From Akkermansiaceae bacterium (GTDB lineage: Bacteria; Verrucomicrobiota; Verrucomicrobiia; Verrucomicrobiales; Akkermansiaceae): a stretch of 64,000 nt of DNA. Shown here one piece after another: positions 49,462 to 60,022 of the stretch. Every line of letters begins with the position of its first letter. Positions within the stretch are counted from its first letter, which is position 1. Where the stretch lies: assembly GCA_051251915.1 (NCBI GenBank), contig JBPOGF010000011.1, forward strand, positions 32,001 to 96,000, given 5' to 3'. Made by a program: the position numbers and the translations under genes. The notes under the pieces were generated by a model, which saw nothing but the letters and a program-made list of their open reading frames with translations, had not been told where the DNA came from and ran no database searches.

Positions 49462-52400
49462 TTACTTCACTGTGTGAACTTTAAGCAAATCCTCAACCTT
49501 GTATGGACCCTTCTTAGACTGCTCGTCAGTCTCTTTCTGAAGATAGTCAATGTGCTTCTTCGTCAAGGAATCCCCTGCTTTGTTAGACCAAGCATTTCTC
49601 ACATAGGTAAGGATGTCTGCTAATTCCTTATTAGGCACACGCCCATTGAATCCAGCCATCGCACTGTTGTATTTTTTGCCTTTAACTTCGATCTCCCCCA
49701 TGACGCCGTGGAGCGCAATCTTAGCGAGAAGCTTAGCATCACCAGTCACCCACTTACTCCCATCGAGAGGAGGAACTCCGATAGCTTCATTGCCTTCACC
49801 ATTCGCACCATGACATACAACACAGCTTTCTTGATGATGATACGCTCTCTCACCGTTCTGGTAAGACTTCTGCACATCAGCAGATGATTTTTTAAGATGG
49901 TCCGGAACCTTCACAAGTATCACCTTCTCTTTAATAGTAGCCTCCTCTAGGTGAGCTTTAGCATACTTATGTGCATCTTTAGACCAGTCATTGACTGGCT
50001 TCTTCTCAAATTCAGCAACAATCTCAAGACCCTGCGATTTGCCCATCCATGATGCAGCAATGATTGCTTCATGTCTAACTTGAGCATTTGAGTCTGTTGC
50101 AGATTTCTTGAGTAGATCCACTGCGTTGCCTAACTTATCTGCATTGTAGCGAACTGCCCTAGTAGCGGCTGCTCTAGCTTTAGGCTCTTTCGAGTTCAAG
50201 CATGCCTCAAGGATCTGCTGGTCGATCTTATTGATCCCCCATGATACCCACATTGCCTCAGTAAGATGGTGCGCATACTTAGGATCATTTTTGTTCAACC
50301 CTGCAACCCACTTAGGAAGCGCCGCTGCCACTTCACCAGCATTTCTGCCTCGAAGCTCTCTACGTGTACGGTAGCGTGTACGGATTTCAGGAAGTTTGAG
50401 GTTATCTAATAGCTCTTTGATACTAGCTCCATCTACCTTCGCGATCGGCACGAGTGGACGTGATGGATACGTGATACGATAAATTCTACCATGAACATGA
50501 TCACGCTTAGGGTCACGAGCATTGTGCTGCATGTGCCCAATAAGAACATTACTCCAGTCGATCACATAAAGTGAACCATCTGGCGCAAACTCAAGATCCA
50601 CAGGACGGAAATACGGATCCGATGACGTGAAGAGATCATGACGGAATTCAGCTTTATACCCATTCTCACCATCAGGGATCATCTTATGCTGCTTAGCTCC
50701 AAGGAACCTAATGTTGTTACAAAGTATAGCATCTCCCTGGACTTCATCAGGGAAGTGCCTAGAGGAAACAAATTCTAATCCAGCGGTAGGTCGCACTCCT
50801 CTTTTTGTAAGAAGATCCGGTGCCTTCAAGTTCACATTGTAACGTGATTTCACTGCAGAACGCTGCATCCAAGAGAAAGAAGGTCCCGATGTATGAAGGA
50901 AGAAGTTCTGCCCCCACTCATCAATAGCGATGCCCCAAGGGTTCGGGATACCATACTGAGCTGTTCTCTCAAGTCTGCCCTTAGCCGGATTGTAGCGATA
51001 AAATCCACCATTTGTTCCCCTAACTGGTCCGTATGGAGTCTCTACATTGGAATGAAGGAACGTCCCCTCACCCATGAAAATCGCTCCAGATGGATCCGCA
51101 CAGAAACTAGAAATAGCGTGGTGTGTATCGTGATCATCAAAACCACTCAGAACGACTTCTCTGGTGTCTGCTTTATCATCACCATCTGTATCCTTGAAAA
51201 GAACCAGATCGTTCTGTAGAGAAACAAACACACCATGTTCAGTGATTTCAAATCCCATAGGAGTTACAATGTGATCCACAAAGATCGTCTGCTTATCCGC
51301 CACACCATCATTATCCGTATCTTCAAAAATGATAATTTTATCATTTGGTAACGGATCACCAATTCTATACTGGGGGTAACTAGGCATGCAACTCACCCAA
51401 AGGCGACCTTTATTATCAAATGCCATCTGTGACGGATTCGCCAAATCTGGAAACATCTTCTCATCTGCAAAAAGCTTCATCTCGTAGCCTTTTGGAAGTG
51501 TAAGCTTAGACTCCATTTCTTTACCAGTAGCATACTTCACCGGTCTTTCAGAGTTAGATTTAACAGGCTTAAGCGCAATCGTCTTCGCATCAGCTGCCGC
51601 CACATCAAAGTCCTTATCTTTGTTCGCAGCCCAGAGAGCCTTATCTCTTATCTCATTCATCTGACGAATCTTAGTGAGCTCGTCAGGGTAATTGACATTT
51701 CCGAATGGCTTGTAGCGTCTTCCGTGAACGTGAACACCATTTGGAACCTTGTAATCCAGAAGCCAAAGTCTATTTTTCTCAGCCACTGCTGCATGGATTT
51801 TCTCTTTTTTCTCTGAATCTGCTTCTACCTCTTTTTTACCATAGATAAGATTAGCCAACATTGGAGCTAATTTCTTGTAACCAGCATCATTGAGATTATG
51901 ACCATTTGACGTGAGATCTTCCTCAGTTGAGTTATAGAACCCCTTAGTCGCCGAATATGCATCAACGAAAAGAACTCCTTCTTCCTTACATACATCAGAC
52001 ATTGCCTTCGTGTAAGCCTCAAGACTACGGTTCGTTGCTAGACCATTAGGCAGATCACGCGTTCTAGATAGATCTTCAAATGCTGCCGGTGAAACAATGG
52101 CTAGCTGCGTTGTTCCTCCAGAGTATTTCTGGCTCAATGTGTGCTTAATAAATGCTCTAAGCTCTTCCTTGTAACCATCGATACGCTCAAGACCATCAAA
52201 AGATTCACTATAACCGAAAAAGCCGATCACTGTATCTATCTTGTGACGACCCAACCACTCATCAGGTGTCTCATAGTGACCACGACCACCACCACTTTGA
52301 TATTCTTTCTTAACTAGCTTTTTTCCATCAGGAATCACCCAGTGAGATTTTCTAGAAGGATGCGGACGGAATGCCGGCGTATCACCCTCCTTACACCAGT

Positions 52401-53577
52401 TTCTAATATAAAGATCATTCTCAGGGTAACGCAGTTGGAGTTCTGTTTCAAAATGATTGAAAAGATTCATGCGTGACCCAAGACCACCACCAACAAATCC
52501 AATACGGCTATCCTTATCAATATTCAGACTTGTCGGCACTTTAGGCCCCAGAGTCTTCATCACTTCTGCATCCTTCTTAAGGACAAAATCTGTAGGAGTT
52601 TGCTTTTTCTTAAACTCGTTAAACCCGTAGAAAGTAGGCTTATAATCTCCCTCAATAGTCACATCAACTTTTGCTGGAACCTTCATATCAAGTCCCCAAT
52701 AAATCCCATTGACCACAAGACGTCGAAGATCTTCATCCTCAAGATCTGTAGCTGCTCCCATCGTTGTCGTAAGTATCTTATTCACCTTGCCTGACTCGTG
52801 CTTGTATTCGCGAGTCCAAGCCACTGGTTGCATCGGATCATTCTTACCTTCCACATCTGCAGAATTAGGTTCAAACGACTTAGTCACTGCACCACGTAAC
52901 AAAATAGTAGACGGCTTCAAGGGATCTGCACCATAAACATCAGAAGTGCAGAAAATTTCACCCACTCCATTTAGAACAGCATGCCTCTCAGCACCTTTCT
53001 CCACCTGTGTACGAGTAGCTTCTTTCTTGTGTTTACCATGATGATTCACCCATGTCTCACCCAGAACTTGCCTTCCAAATCCTTTGCTCCAGCCTGTTCC
53101 TGCTTTAGCATTAAATGAATATTTCGCCCATTTGCTACCAGCTCCTACTTTGAATGCATGAGTAGATGTTCTTAGAGCAACCATTGGGACACCACGTTCA
53201 AATGCTGCATTGAATTTCTCAAATGCTTCATCACCCCAGTTCCTAAAACGAATGCACATCACAATCGCATCCGCTGAATCCAAAGCCTCTGGATTCGACA
53301 AACTCTTGGTGTTCGCGGGATCAACAAACTTATTATCCTTATCCATCGAGAATAAAACTGTGCATTTGAACCCTTGCTTCGAAAGCAACTGAGCCATCAT
53401 CGGCATAGATTCCTCTGAGCGATATTCTTCATCACCTGCTAGTAGCACTACGTGTTTCCCGTTGGACTCACCTACTGCATCAAAGACCAAATGGTCTTGC
53501 TGTGCTTGGGAAAGAGCCATGCCACAGGCGTAGACGCCGAGAGTGCACATTCCTATTTTTATTTCTCTTAGTTTCAT
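49462..53577 (-). CDS. PVC-type heme-binding CxxCH protein copy B
   Basis: Colinear paralog of copy A; CVVCH. Confidence 0.88.
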   Translation of the reverse strand: MKLREIKIGMCTLGVYACGMALSQAQQDHLVFDAVGESNGKHVVLLAGDEEYRSEESMPMMAQLLSKQGFKCTVLFSMDKDNKFVDPANTKSLSNPEALDSADAIVMCIRFRNWGDEAFEKFNAAFERGVPMVALRTSTHAFKVGAGSKWAKYSFNAKAGTGWSKGFGRQVLGETWVNHHGKHKKEATRTQVEKGAERHAVLNGVGEIFCTSDVYGADPLKPSTILLRGAVTKSFEPNSADVEGKNDPMQPVAWTREYKHESGKVNKILTTTMGAATDLEDEDLRRLVVNGIYWGLDMKVPAKVDVTIEGDYKPTFYGFNEFKKKQTPTDFVLKKDAEVMKTLGPKVPTSLNIDKDSRIGFVGGGLGSRMNLFNHFETELQLRYPENDLYIRNWCKEGDTPAFRPHPSRKSHWVIPDGKKLVKKEYQSGGGRGHYETPDEWLGRHKIDTVIGFFGYSESFDGLERIDGYKEELRAFIKHTLSQKYSGGTTQLAIVSPAAFEDLSRTRDLPNGLATNRSLEAYTKAMSDVCKEEGVLFVDAYSATKGFYNSTEEDLTSNGHNLNDAGYKKLAPMLANLIYGKKEVEADSEKKEKIHAAVAEKNRLWLLDYKVPNGVHVHGRRYKPFGNVNYPDELTKIRQMNEIRDKALWAANKDKDFDVAAADAKTIALKPVKSNSERPVKYATGKEMESKLTLPKGYEMKLFADEKMFPDLANPSQMAFDNKGRLWVSCMPSYPQYRIGDPLPNDKIIIFEDTDNDGVADKQTIFVDHIVTPMGFEITEHGVFVSLQNDLVLFKDTDGDDKADTREVVLSGFDDHDTHHAISSFCADPSGAIFMGEGTFLHSNVETPYGPVRGTNGGFYRYNPAKGRLERTAQYGIPNPWGIAIDEWGQNFFLHTSGPSFSWMQRSAVKSRYNVNLKAPDLLTKRGVRPTAGLEFVSSRHFPDEVQGDAILCNNIRFLGAKQHKMIPDGENGYKAEFRHDLFTSSDPYFRPVDLEFAPDGSLYVIDWSNVLIGHMQHNARDPKRDHVHGRIYRITYPSRPLVPIAKVDGASIKELLDNLKLPEIRTRYRTRRELRGRNAGEVAAALPKWVAGLNKNDPKYAHHLTEAMWVSWGINKIDQQILEACLNSKEPKARAAATRAVRYNADKLGNAVDLLKKSATDSNAQVRHEAIIAASWMGKSQGLEIVAEFEKKPVNDWSKDAHKYAKAHLEEATIKEKVILVKVPDHLKKSSADVQKSYQNGERAYHHQESCVVCHGANGEGNEAIGVPPLDGSKWVTGDAKLLAKIALHGVMGEIEVKGKKYNSAMAGFNGRVPNKELADILTYVRNAWSNKAGDSLTKKHIDYLQKETDEQSKKGPYKVEDLLKVHTVK

Positions 53578-53655
53578 AAATATTTATTCACTTTTTACCT
53601 TAAAGCTAGCCCTTCTTATACGAATTATAAGAGGTCATCTTTCATTGTATTAAAA

Positions 53656-53684
53656 AAGATGGCAGGGCTAAGAAGGCTTGTCAG
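53656..53684 (-). promoter_or_regulatory. putative sigma70-type promoter of copy B
   Basis: CTGACA-N17-CATCTT with extended -10 TG. Confidence 0.6.
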
Positions 53685-53918
53685 GTGTAAACCGTGTAAT
53701 CTTTTTAATTAACTGCTACACAAAAAAAACAGTACTTAACATATCTGACTCATATTAACATCCTTCATAACAACCAAAACACCAAGCGATCTCAAAAATA
53801 ATAACATTTTCAAAATAACACCACCCCCCAAACACAAAACTTTACATGAATTTCACTATTTTGCTATTTACTTTAGTCGCAAATAGGCCATGTTCCCGCC
53901 ATAACCAACATTTTCAAA

Positions 53919-55652
53919 ATGATCAACGAACCAATCGACGGAGCCCAAGCTCTAATTAAAACTCTTGATGAACTCGGCATCGAAATCATCTTCGGCTATT
54001 CTGGTGGAGCTGCCCTCCCCATATTCGATGCATTAGAAACTGTCGAATCCAATATCAAATTTGTTTTAAGTCGCCATGAACAAGGCGCTTGCCACATGGC
54101 TGATGGCTACGGCAGAGCCACCGGCAAGCCCGCCGTTGTTCTCGTAACCTCAGGCCCCGGAGCCGGAAATACCGTCACTGGACTTATGACTGCACAAATG
54201 GACTCAGTACCTATGATCCTTATCAGTGGTCAGCAGGTTACTTGGATGCTTGGTAAAGACGCTTTCCAAGAAGCTGACATTTTCGGCATCACTCTCCCCT
54301 GCGTGAAACACAACTATCTAGTAAGAGAAACCAACAACATCCCTAGAATCACTCGTGAAGCATATCACATTGCTACCACTGGCCGCCCAGGACCGGTCCT
54401 CATTGATATACCTAAAGATCTAAGTCAGGGACCATTCACCGGAGATTTAAGTCATAAAGATGAGCTAGACCTCCCAGGCTATCAGCCTGAGAAAGCATTC
54501 GATATCGATCAATCTAAGATCGAAGAAGCCCTAGAGCTCATTTCCCAAGCCCAGAGACCACTCATCCTTGCTGGCCAAGGAGCGATGATCGCTAGAGCTC
54601 ACGAGGAAATGCTCAACTTCGCCACCACACTTGACTGCCCGCTCACAAACACACTATTAGCAAAAGGAATCATTTCTGAGATGCATCCTCTTAATCTAGG
54701 AATGCTAGGCATGCACGGTACAGCATACGCTAATAAAGCAATCTGCGAATGTGACCTTCTCATCAACATCGGCTCAAGATTTGATGACCGCATCATCGGC
54801 CAAGCTGACAAGTTCTGCGCAAACGCCAAAATCATCCACGTGGACATTGATCCATCAGAGATGAACAAAATGATTATCCCAGATGTAGCGATTGTCGGTG
54901 ACGCCAAAGCAGTCCTCGATCTATTCAATGCAAGAATATCTGAACAAAAACACCCAGAGTGGAACTCCCACCTAGATGGCTACAGAAAGAAATACCCACT
55001 AGCCTATAAAAAACAAGGTGGACTACGTATGCAACAAGTCATCGATGAGTTCTGTATCCAGACCGATGGCGAAGCCATCGTGGCAACCGACGTTGGCCAA
55101 CACCAGATGTGGGCTGCACAGTTCTATAAAAATGCTCGCACCAAATCATGGCTCAGCTCAGGTGGAGCAGGAACCATGGGATTCGGATTCCCTGCAGCTA
55201 TCGGCGCAGCATTTGCCTGCCCTGACCGCACAGTCATCTCCATCTCCGGTGACGGCGGATTCCAAATGACACTCTGCGAACTAGCAACAGCCGCCATCCA
55301 CAAACTCCCTATCAAGATCGTGGTTCTCAACAACCACTACCTCGGAATGGTGCGCCAGTGGCAAGAGCTCTTCTTCGATGACCGCAAATCCGGCGTCGAC
55401 CTCGAAGGCAACCCAGACTTCATCAAACTTGCTGCCTCCTACGGCATCAAAGGAATCAACATCAAGCGCCCAGCTGATGTATCTCGCATGGTCAAGCAAG
55501 CCCTCGAATACAACGAAGGCCCAGTACTCATCCACGCAGAATGCATCAAAATGGACAACGTTTTCCCAATGATCCCAGCAGGCGCAGCATTAGAGGACAT
55601 GCTCACCGAGCCACCTAAATACAAAATGGAAAAACCAACCGGATCTACCTAG
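53919..55652 (+). CDS. ilvB: acetolactate synthase large subunit
   Basis: [39 protein letters not shown]. Confidence 0.97.
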   Translation: MINEPIDGAQALIKTLDELGIEIIFGYSGGAALPIFDALETVESNIKFVLSRHEQGACHMADGYGRATGKPAVVLVTSGPGAGNTVTGLMTAQMDSVPMILISGQQVTWMLGKDAFQEADIFGITLPCVKHNYLVRETNNIPRITREAYHIATTGRPGPVLIDIPKDLSQGPFTGDLSHKDELDLPGYQPEKAFDIDQSKIEEALELISQAQRPLILAGQGAMIARAHEEMLNFATTLDCPLTNTLLAKGIISEMHPLNLGMLGMHGTAYANKAICECDLLINIGSRFDDRIIGQADKFCANAKIIHVDIDPSEMNKMIIPDVAIVGDAKAVLDLFNARISEQKHPEWNSHLDGYRKKYPLAYKKQGGLRMQQVIDEFCIQTDGEAIVATDVGQHQMWAAQFYKNARTKSWLSSGGAGTMGFGFPAAIGAAFACPDRTVISISGDGGFQMTLCELATAAIHKLPIKIVVLNNHYLGMVRQWQELFFDDRKSGVDLEGNPDFIKLAASYGIKGINIKRPADVSRMVKQALEYNEGPVLIHAECIKMDNVFPMIPAGAALEDMLTEPPKYKMEKPTGST

Positions 55653-55708
55653 GTTCTCACAGTTCATCCATTATCACACATTTCTAACATTCAAATTTTA
55701 AGCAAAAC

Positions 55709-56248
55709 ATGTCTAAAATCATCACAACAGACACACCGGTAGATAATACCAATCCAGACACCACGCTCCACACACTATCAGTCTATGTAAACAACAAGGC
55801 CGGTGTGCTCATGCGCATCACTCAGGTATTTGCTAGACGCGGGTTCAACATTGATTCACTCGTTGTTTCTCAGTCACGTGACGCCCGCTACTCACGCATG
55901 ACCATCGGAATCACCGGCTCATCCAATGGACGTGAGCAAATCATCAAACAAGTCAACAAGCTTATCGATGTCATCCACTGCCAAGAACACTCTACTCAAG
56001 ACGCCATCGTCAAAGAAATGCTCCTCATTAAGTTCCTCGTAGGCGCAAAGGAACGCACTGAAGCCCTCCAAGTGCTCGAACACTTTGGCGGCAAATCAGT
56101 CGACCTCACACCTACCGCCATGACTGCCATCTTCACTGGTGACCCAGACAAGATTGATGCAGCCATCAACATGCTTTCTGCCTTCAACATCGTTGAGACC
56201 GTCCGCACAGGTAAAGTTGTCATTGCAAGAGGCGACTCCCCTACCTAG
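55709..56248 (+). CDS. ilvN: acetolactate synthase small subunit
   Basis: ACT domain NKAGVL...FARRGFNIDSL, ETVRTG. Confidence 0.95.
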   Translation: MSKIITTDTPVDNTNPDTTLHTLSVYVNNKAGVLMRITQVFARRGFNIDSLVVSQSRDARYSRMTIGITGSSNGREQIIKQVNKLIDVIHCQEHSTQDAIVKEMLLIKFLVGAKERTEALQVLEHFGGKSVDLTPTAMTAIFTGDPDKIDAAINMLSAFNIVETVRTGKVVIARGDSPT

Positions 56249-56257
56249 GTTCATTTC

Positions 56258-56863
56258 ATGAACTACCTAGCGCATCTGGCATTAACCCCGTCAGCTAACG
56301 GGGCTAGTGCCGATGCCTTACGTATAGGGAATCTCCTCGGCGACTTCATCAAAGGCACCGAGTCATCCCTCCGCCTCCAACTCCCCGCCGATTTAGTCGA
56401 CGGTATCATCCTCCACCGCGCCATTGATAAATTCACCGATGCGCACCCTACATTTTTAGCCTCCAAACAACTCCTCGCTCCCCAGCGAAAACGCTACGCA
56501 GGCATCGTCATAGACATCATCTACGACCACTTCCTCTCCACCCACTGGGACACCTATCACGATGAACCACGAGTTCAATTCATCGCAAAAGTCTACGCCC
56601 TCCTAGACACCAACAAGGAATGGCAACTTGGCACACTAAAACAAGCCTTCCCCATCATGAAATCCCAAGACTGGCTCGGCTGCTACGCCTCCGTCAAAGG
56701 AATTAACACAACATTCCGCCGCGTCGCCTCCAGAGGAAAATTCACAGCCCCCATCGCCGACACTCATATAGATTTCAAAAAGCACTATCACCACTTCGAA
56801 GAACACTTCCACCTCATCTACAAAGACCTCCTAGAATTCAAAGACAACTTCAGCTTTAAATAA
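56258..56863 (+). CDS. acpH: ACP phosphodiesterase
   Basis: MNYLAH, GNLLGDFIKG, LHRAIDKFTD, YDHFL. Confidence 0.9.
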   Translation: MNYLAHLALTPSANGASADALRIGNLLGDFIKGTESSLRLQLPADLVDGIILHRAIDKFTDAHPTFLASKQLLAPQRKRYAGIVIDIIYDHFLSTHWDTYHDEPRVQFIAKVYALLDTNKEWQLGTLKQAFPIMKSQDWLGCYASVKGINTTFRRVASRGKFTAPIADTHIDFKKHYHHFEEHFHLIYKDLLEFKDNFSFK

Positions 56864-56925
56864 GTAATATTCATCATTGGATACCCTAAAGATAATCACT
56901 ATTCTCCCGTCAACTTCACAACATC

Positions 56926-57375
56926 ATGAAAGCTACCTACAAATTCATCACCTTCGCACTAGCCAGTTCACTAAGCATCTCACTCTCCTCATGTGGAGAC
57001 AAGAAATCAGCAGACACCACAAAGTCTGAGGCAGAAAATCAACAGTCTGCCAAAACTCACGACTCCGTCTCTAAAGAATTTATCGCCAGCCTAGGAGAAA
57101 TGAGCGACACCCTCACTAAAATCAAAGATCTCGAATCAGCCCAATCTGCTCTCCCCACCCTCACCAAGATCGGCTTCAAAATGAAAATGATCAAGACCGA
57201 CATGGAAAAGCTCGGCCCACCACCCAAAGCCATGAAAGCTAAACTCGACGAAGAGTATGGCTCCAAAATGAAAGAAATTATGACCAATATTGGCCAAACC
57301 ATGAACAGCCTTAAGACCTCTAATCCTGAGGCCTACGGATTACTAGAAAAAGTCATGACAACAATCATGCAATAA
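56926..57375 (+). CDS. hypothetical helical lipoprotein
   Basis: Lipobox LSSC. Confidence 0.75.
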   Translation: MKATYKFITFALASSLSISLSSCGDKKSADTTKSEAENQQSAKTHDSVSKEFIASLGEMSDTLTKIKDLESAQSALPTLTKIGFKMKMIKTDMEKLGPPPKAMKAKLDEEYGSKMKEIMTNIGQTMNSLKTSNPEAYGLLEKVMTTIMQ

Positions 57376-57382
57376 TACTCTA

Positions 57383-58345
57383 CTAGTTGAAAATCCATAT
57401 CAACGGCAACGGTAGAATTAGCGCAAAATCAGCCAAAACTCGCTGCGCATCCAAGTAGAAAATTGATCGATTCTTATTGATCAAATAAAGTAGAGCTGTC
57501 GAAACCATGACCACATAACACAGCGGTCGCTCAAACTCCGAGAGCTTATACGCCACCAAGTAAACTGCAAAAGCAGCCAAACAAAGTAACCCAGTCGCAA
57601 GGATCGCCTCACAAGCATCCTTCTCGTCCTCCAGATCACTTCTCCTAGATTTCTCCCAGAGATCAATCCCTGTGATATTTAGAAAACACAGCAATCCAAA
57701 CAAAAACGGCAACGCACTACTCGCAAATACGATCCCCACAGTCGAAACCGTCATCATAAAGAAATTCGCAACCCCGTGCCTCAATGCCAAGAAAAAGTCA
57801 GCATCCGAATTCGAAGTGAAATGAAACCATAAATCATAAATCCCCTTAGGAAGCTGAACAGACTCCACCACAATCGGAGCTGCCACACCAAACGAAAAAG
57901 TCATCCCCGCAATAAAGTTCTTCGTATAAGCAATTTCTCCCTTATCAAATTTTCTAGCCAAAATGTACAAGAAGCACATCCCTATCCCCGAAACACCCGC
58001 CGTAAGCAACGCCGCAGAAGCAACGTTAAAGGCTGAGTGAACGCCATACACAATAACACCGATGACGATCGGCAATAAAATCTTCCAATATTTCCAGTGA
58101 AACTGATGCCTAGTACTCATTTCAGCCACCTGGCCCTCATCACGCCTAACATCCAGAATCCTGTCCAAGACATAAACACACCACACCGCCCCTGCTAACA
58201 ACCAATACGCGTGATAATCAACATACATCACACGCATCGACTTCGATAGAATCCACATCCAAATCACTGCTACCAGCGGAGCGTCTAGGCTCAACAAATT
58301 TGGCAACAACCAAAAGGGCGGTCTTCTTGAGGGTTCCTTATTCAT
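57383..58345 (-). CDS. polytopic membrane protein, possibly UbiA-like
   Basis: About 9 TM segments; NLLSLDAP, YVLDRILD, KN motifs. Confidence 0.55.
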   Translation of the reverse strand: MNKEPSRRPPFWLLPNLLSLDAPLVAVIWMWILSKSMRVMYVDYHAYWLLAGAVWCVYVLDRILDVRRDEGQVAEMSTRHQFHWKYWKILLPIVIGVIVYGVHSAFNVASAALLTAGVSGIGMCFLYILARKFDKGEIAYTKNFIAGMTFSFGVAAPIVVESVQLPKGIYDLWFHFTSNSDADFFLALRHGVANFFMMTVSTVGIVFASSALPFLFGLLCFLNITGIDLWEKSRRSDLEDEKDACEAILATGLLCLAAFAVYLVAYKLSEFERPLCYVVMVSTALLYLINKNRSIFYLDAQRVLADFALILPLPLIWIFN

Positions 58346-58400
58346 ATCTATGATCGCACCATAAGGCGATCCATGAAGAAATCAACCCGTGCAGATTTAA

Positions 58401-58604
58401 TTAATGAGCCTCTTCTTTCTCAGCGTGATCGCCATGATCATGGCCATGCCCTTCTGCGTGCTCGCCGTGTCCTGCATCACCATGTGAATCATGCTTCACC
58501 TTATCTACATGAAGCAACTTCGTGTCTTCCCAATCATGCTTTTCACATGAACTAAGTGCTACGAATGCGGTAATAATGGCTGAACTAAGGATAAATCTTT
58601 TCAT
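58401..58604 (-). CDS. small His-rich lipoprotein
   Basis: MKRFIL...LSSC lipobox; 11 His in the 48-aa mature peptide. Confidence 0.75.
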   Translation of the reverse strand: MKRFILSSAIITAFVALSSCEKHDWEDTKLLHVDKVKHDSHGDAGHGEHAEGHGHDHGDHAEKEEAH

Positions 58605-58839
58605 TGCGGAGGTAGAATTAGACTTTTCCAAAATAAAATCAAGACTACAATTTCAATCTAAGAAGAAAAATCCCCCCATTGTTTAATGCCCATTGACCAT
58701 TGACTAAGCCGCTACTCAGGCTTCATCATTAAAAACTTAACAATTGCCACGCTAATTACTTGCACACTCCGCGCCCGCCTCCTAGTCTTCGCCCGCAACG
58801 CTGGTGAGGAAAGTCAACAGCGCACACACACATTTTATC

Positions 58840-59991
58840 ATGAAGGATTCAAACACTGCAATCTTAGCACTCGAAGACGGCCGCACCTTTATCGGAGAAG
58901 CTTTTGGACACACTGGCACCACCACAGGGGAAATTTGCTTTAACACCTCAATGACCGGATATCAGGAAATCATCACTGACCCATCATACCGCGGCCAGAT
59001 CGTGACACTCACCTATCCTCTCATTGGGAACTACGGGGTGAACCCAGAAGATGCCGAGTCATCTCAGCCACAAGTCCGCGGACTTGTCATCGGCGAACTC
59101 TCACCCGTCGCCTCTAACTTCCGCTCTCACCAGTCACTCGCAGAATACTTCGCTGAGCACAAAATCATCGGCATCGAGGACATCGATACCCGTGCGCTCA
59201 CCAAGCACCTCCGCACAGCCGGCTCCATGCGCTCATGCATCACCACCGAGCTCACAGCCGAAGAAGCTATCCAAGCAGCTAAGGACTCAGCTCCAATGGC
59301 TGGCTCAGATTTCGTTAAAGAAGTCTCCACAGAGGAAAACTACCACTGGGATAAAGAATCACGCCTCTGGAACATTCCTAGCCCATCACAAAACCGTGAA
59401 GGTCACTACGAAGACCTCCCACCAGTAAAATACAACATTGTAGCCTACGACTTCGGAGTGAAATACAACATCCTACGCTCAATGCGCCAACAAGGTTTCG
59501 ACATCACTGTAGTAAATTCCCGTACTACAGCGGAGGAGATCTTAGCACTCAACCCTGATGGAATCTTCCTCTCCAACGGACCAGGAGACCCCGCAGCACT
59601 AGACTACATCCACGCCGAAATCAAAAAACTACTCGGCAAGAAGCCAATCTTCGGCATCTGCCTCGGCCACCAGATCCTCACCCACGCATTCGGTGGTACT
59701 ACCTATAAGCTGAAATTTGGTCACCGTGGAGGAAACCAACCAGTCAAAGATCTACGCGACGGAAAAGTATCCATCACCGCTCAGAACCATGGCTTCGCCT
59801 CAGACCCTGAATCACTTCCAGACGATGTCGAAATCACTCACATCAACCTGAACGACCAAACGGTAGAAGGCTTCCGCCACAAAACCTACCCTGCATTCTC
59901 AGTGCAATATCACCCAGAAGCAGCACCAGGACCAAACGACGCCAAATACTTCTTCGAAGAATTCGCTTCATTGATCGAAGCCAACAAGTAA
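58840..59991 (+). CDS. carA: carbamoyl-phosphate synthase small subunit
   Basis: FNTSMTGYQE, SNGPGDP, GICLGHQ, QYHPE; ATG at 58840. Confidence 0.97.
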   Translation: MKDSNTAILALEDGRTFIGEAFGHTGTTTGEICFNTSMTGYQEIITDPSYRGQIVTLTYPLIGNYGVNPEDAESSQPQVRGLVIGELSPVASNFRSHQSLAEYFAEHKIIGIEDIDTRALTKHLRTAGSMRSCITTELTAEEAIQAAKDSAPMAGSDFVKEVSTEENYHWDKESRLWNIPSPSQNREGHYEDLPPVKYNIVAYDFGVKYNILRSMRQQGFDITVVNSRTTAEEILALNPDGIFLSNGPGDPAALDYIHAEIKKLLGKKPIFGICLGHQILTHAFGGTTYKLKFGHRGGNQPVKDLRDGKVSITAQNHGFASDPESLPDDVEITHINLNDQTVEGFRHKTYPAFSVQYHPEAAPGPNDAKYFFEEFASLIEANK

Positions 59992-60022
59992 TCAATTTTC
60001 AATACTCAATATACAATTCAAA

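Larger units (their letters stand above)
44909..53690. repeat. diverged tandem duplication, unit about 4.48 kb
   Basis: Starts and stops of the two CDSs are both offset by 4484 bp; terminators and upstream regions are also homologous. Confidence 0.95.
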
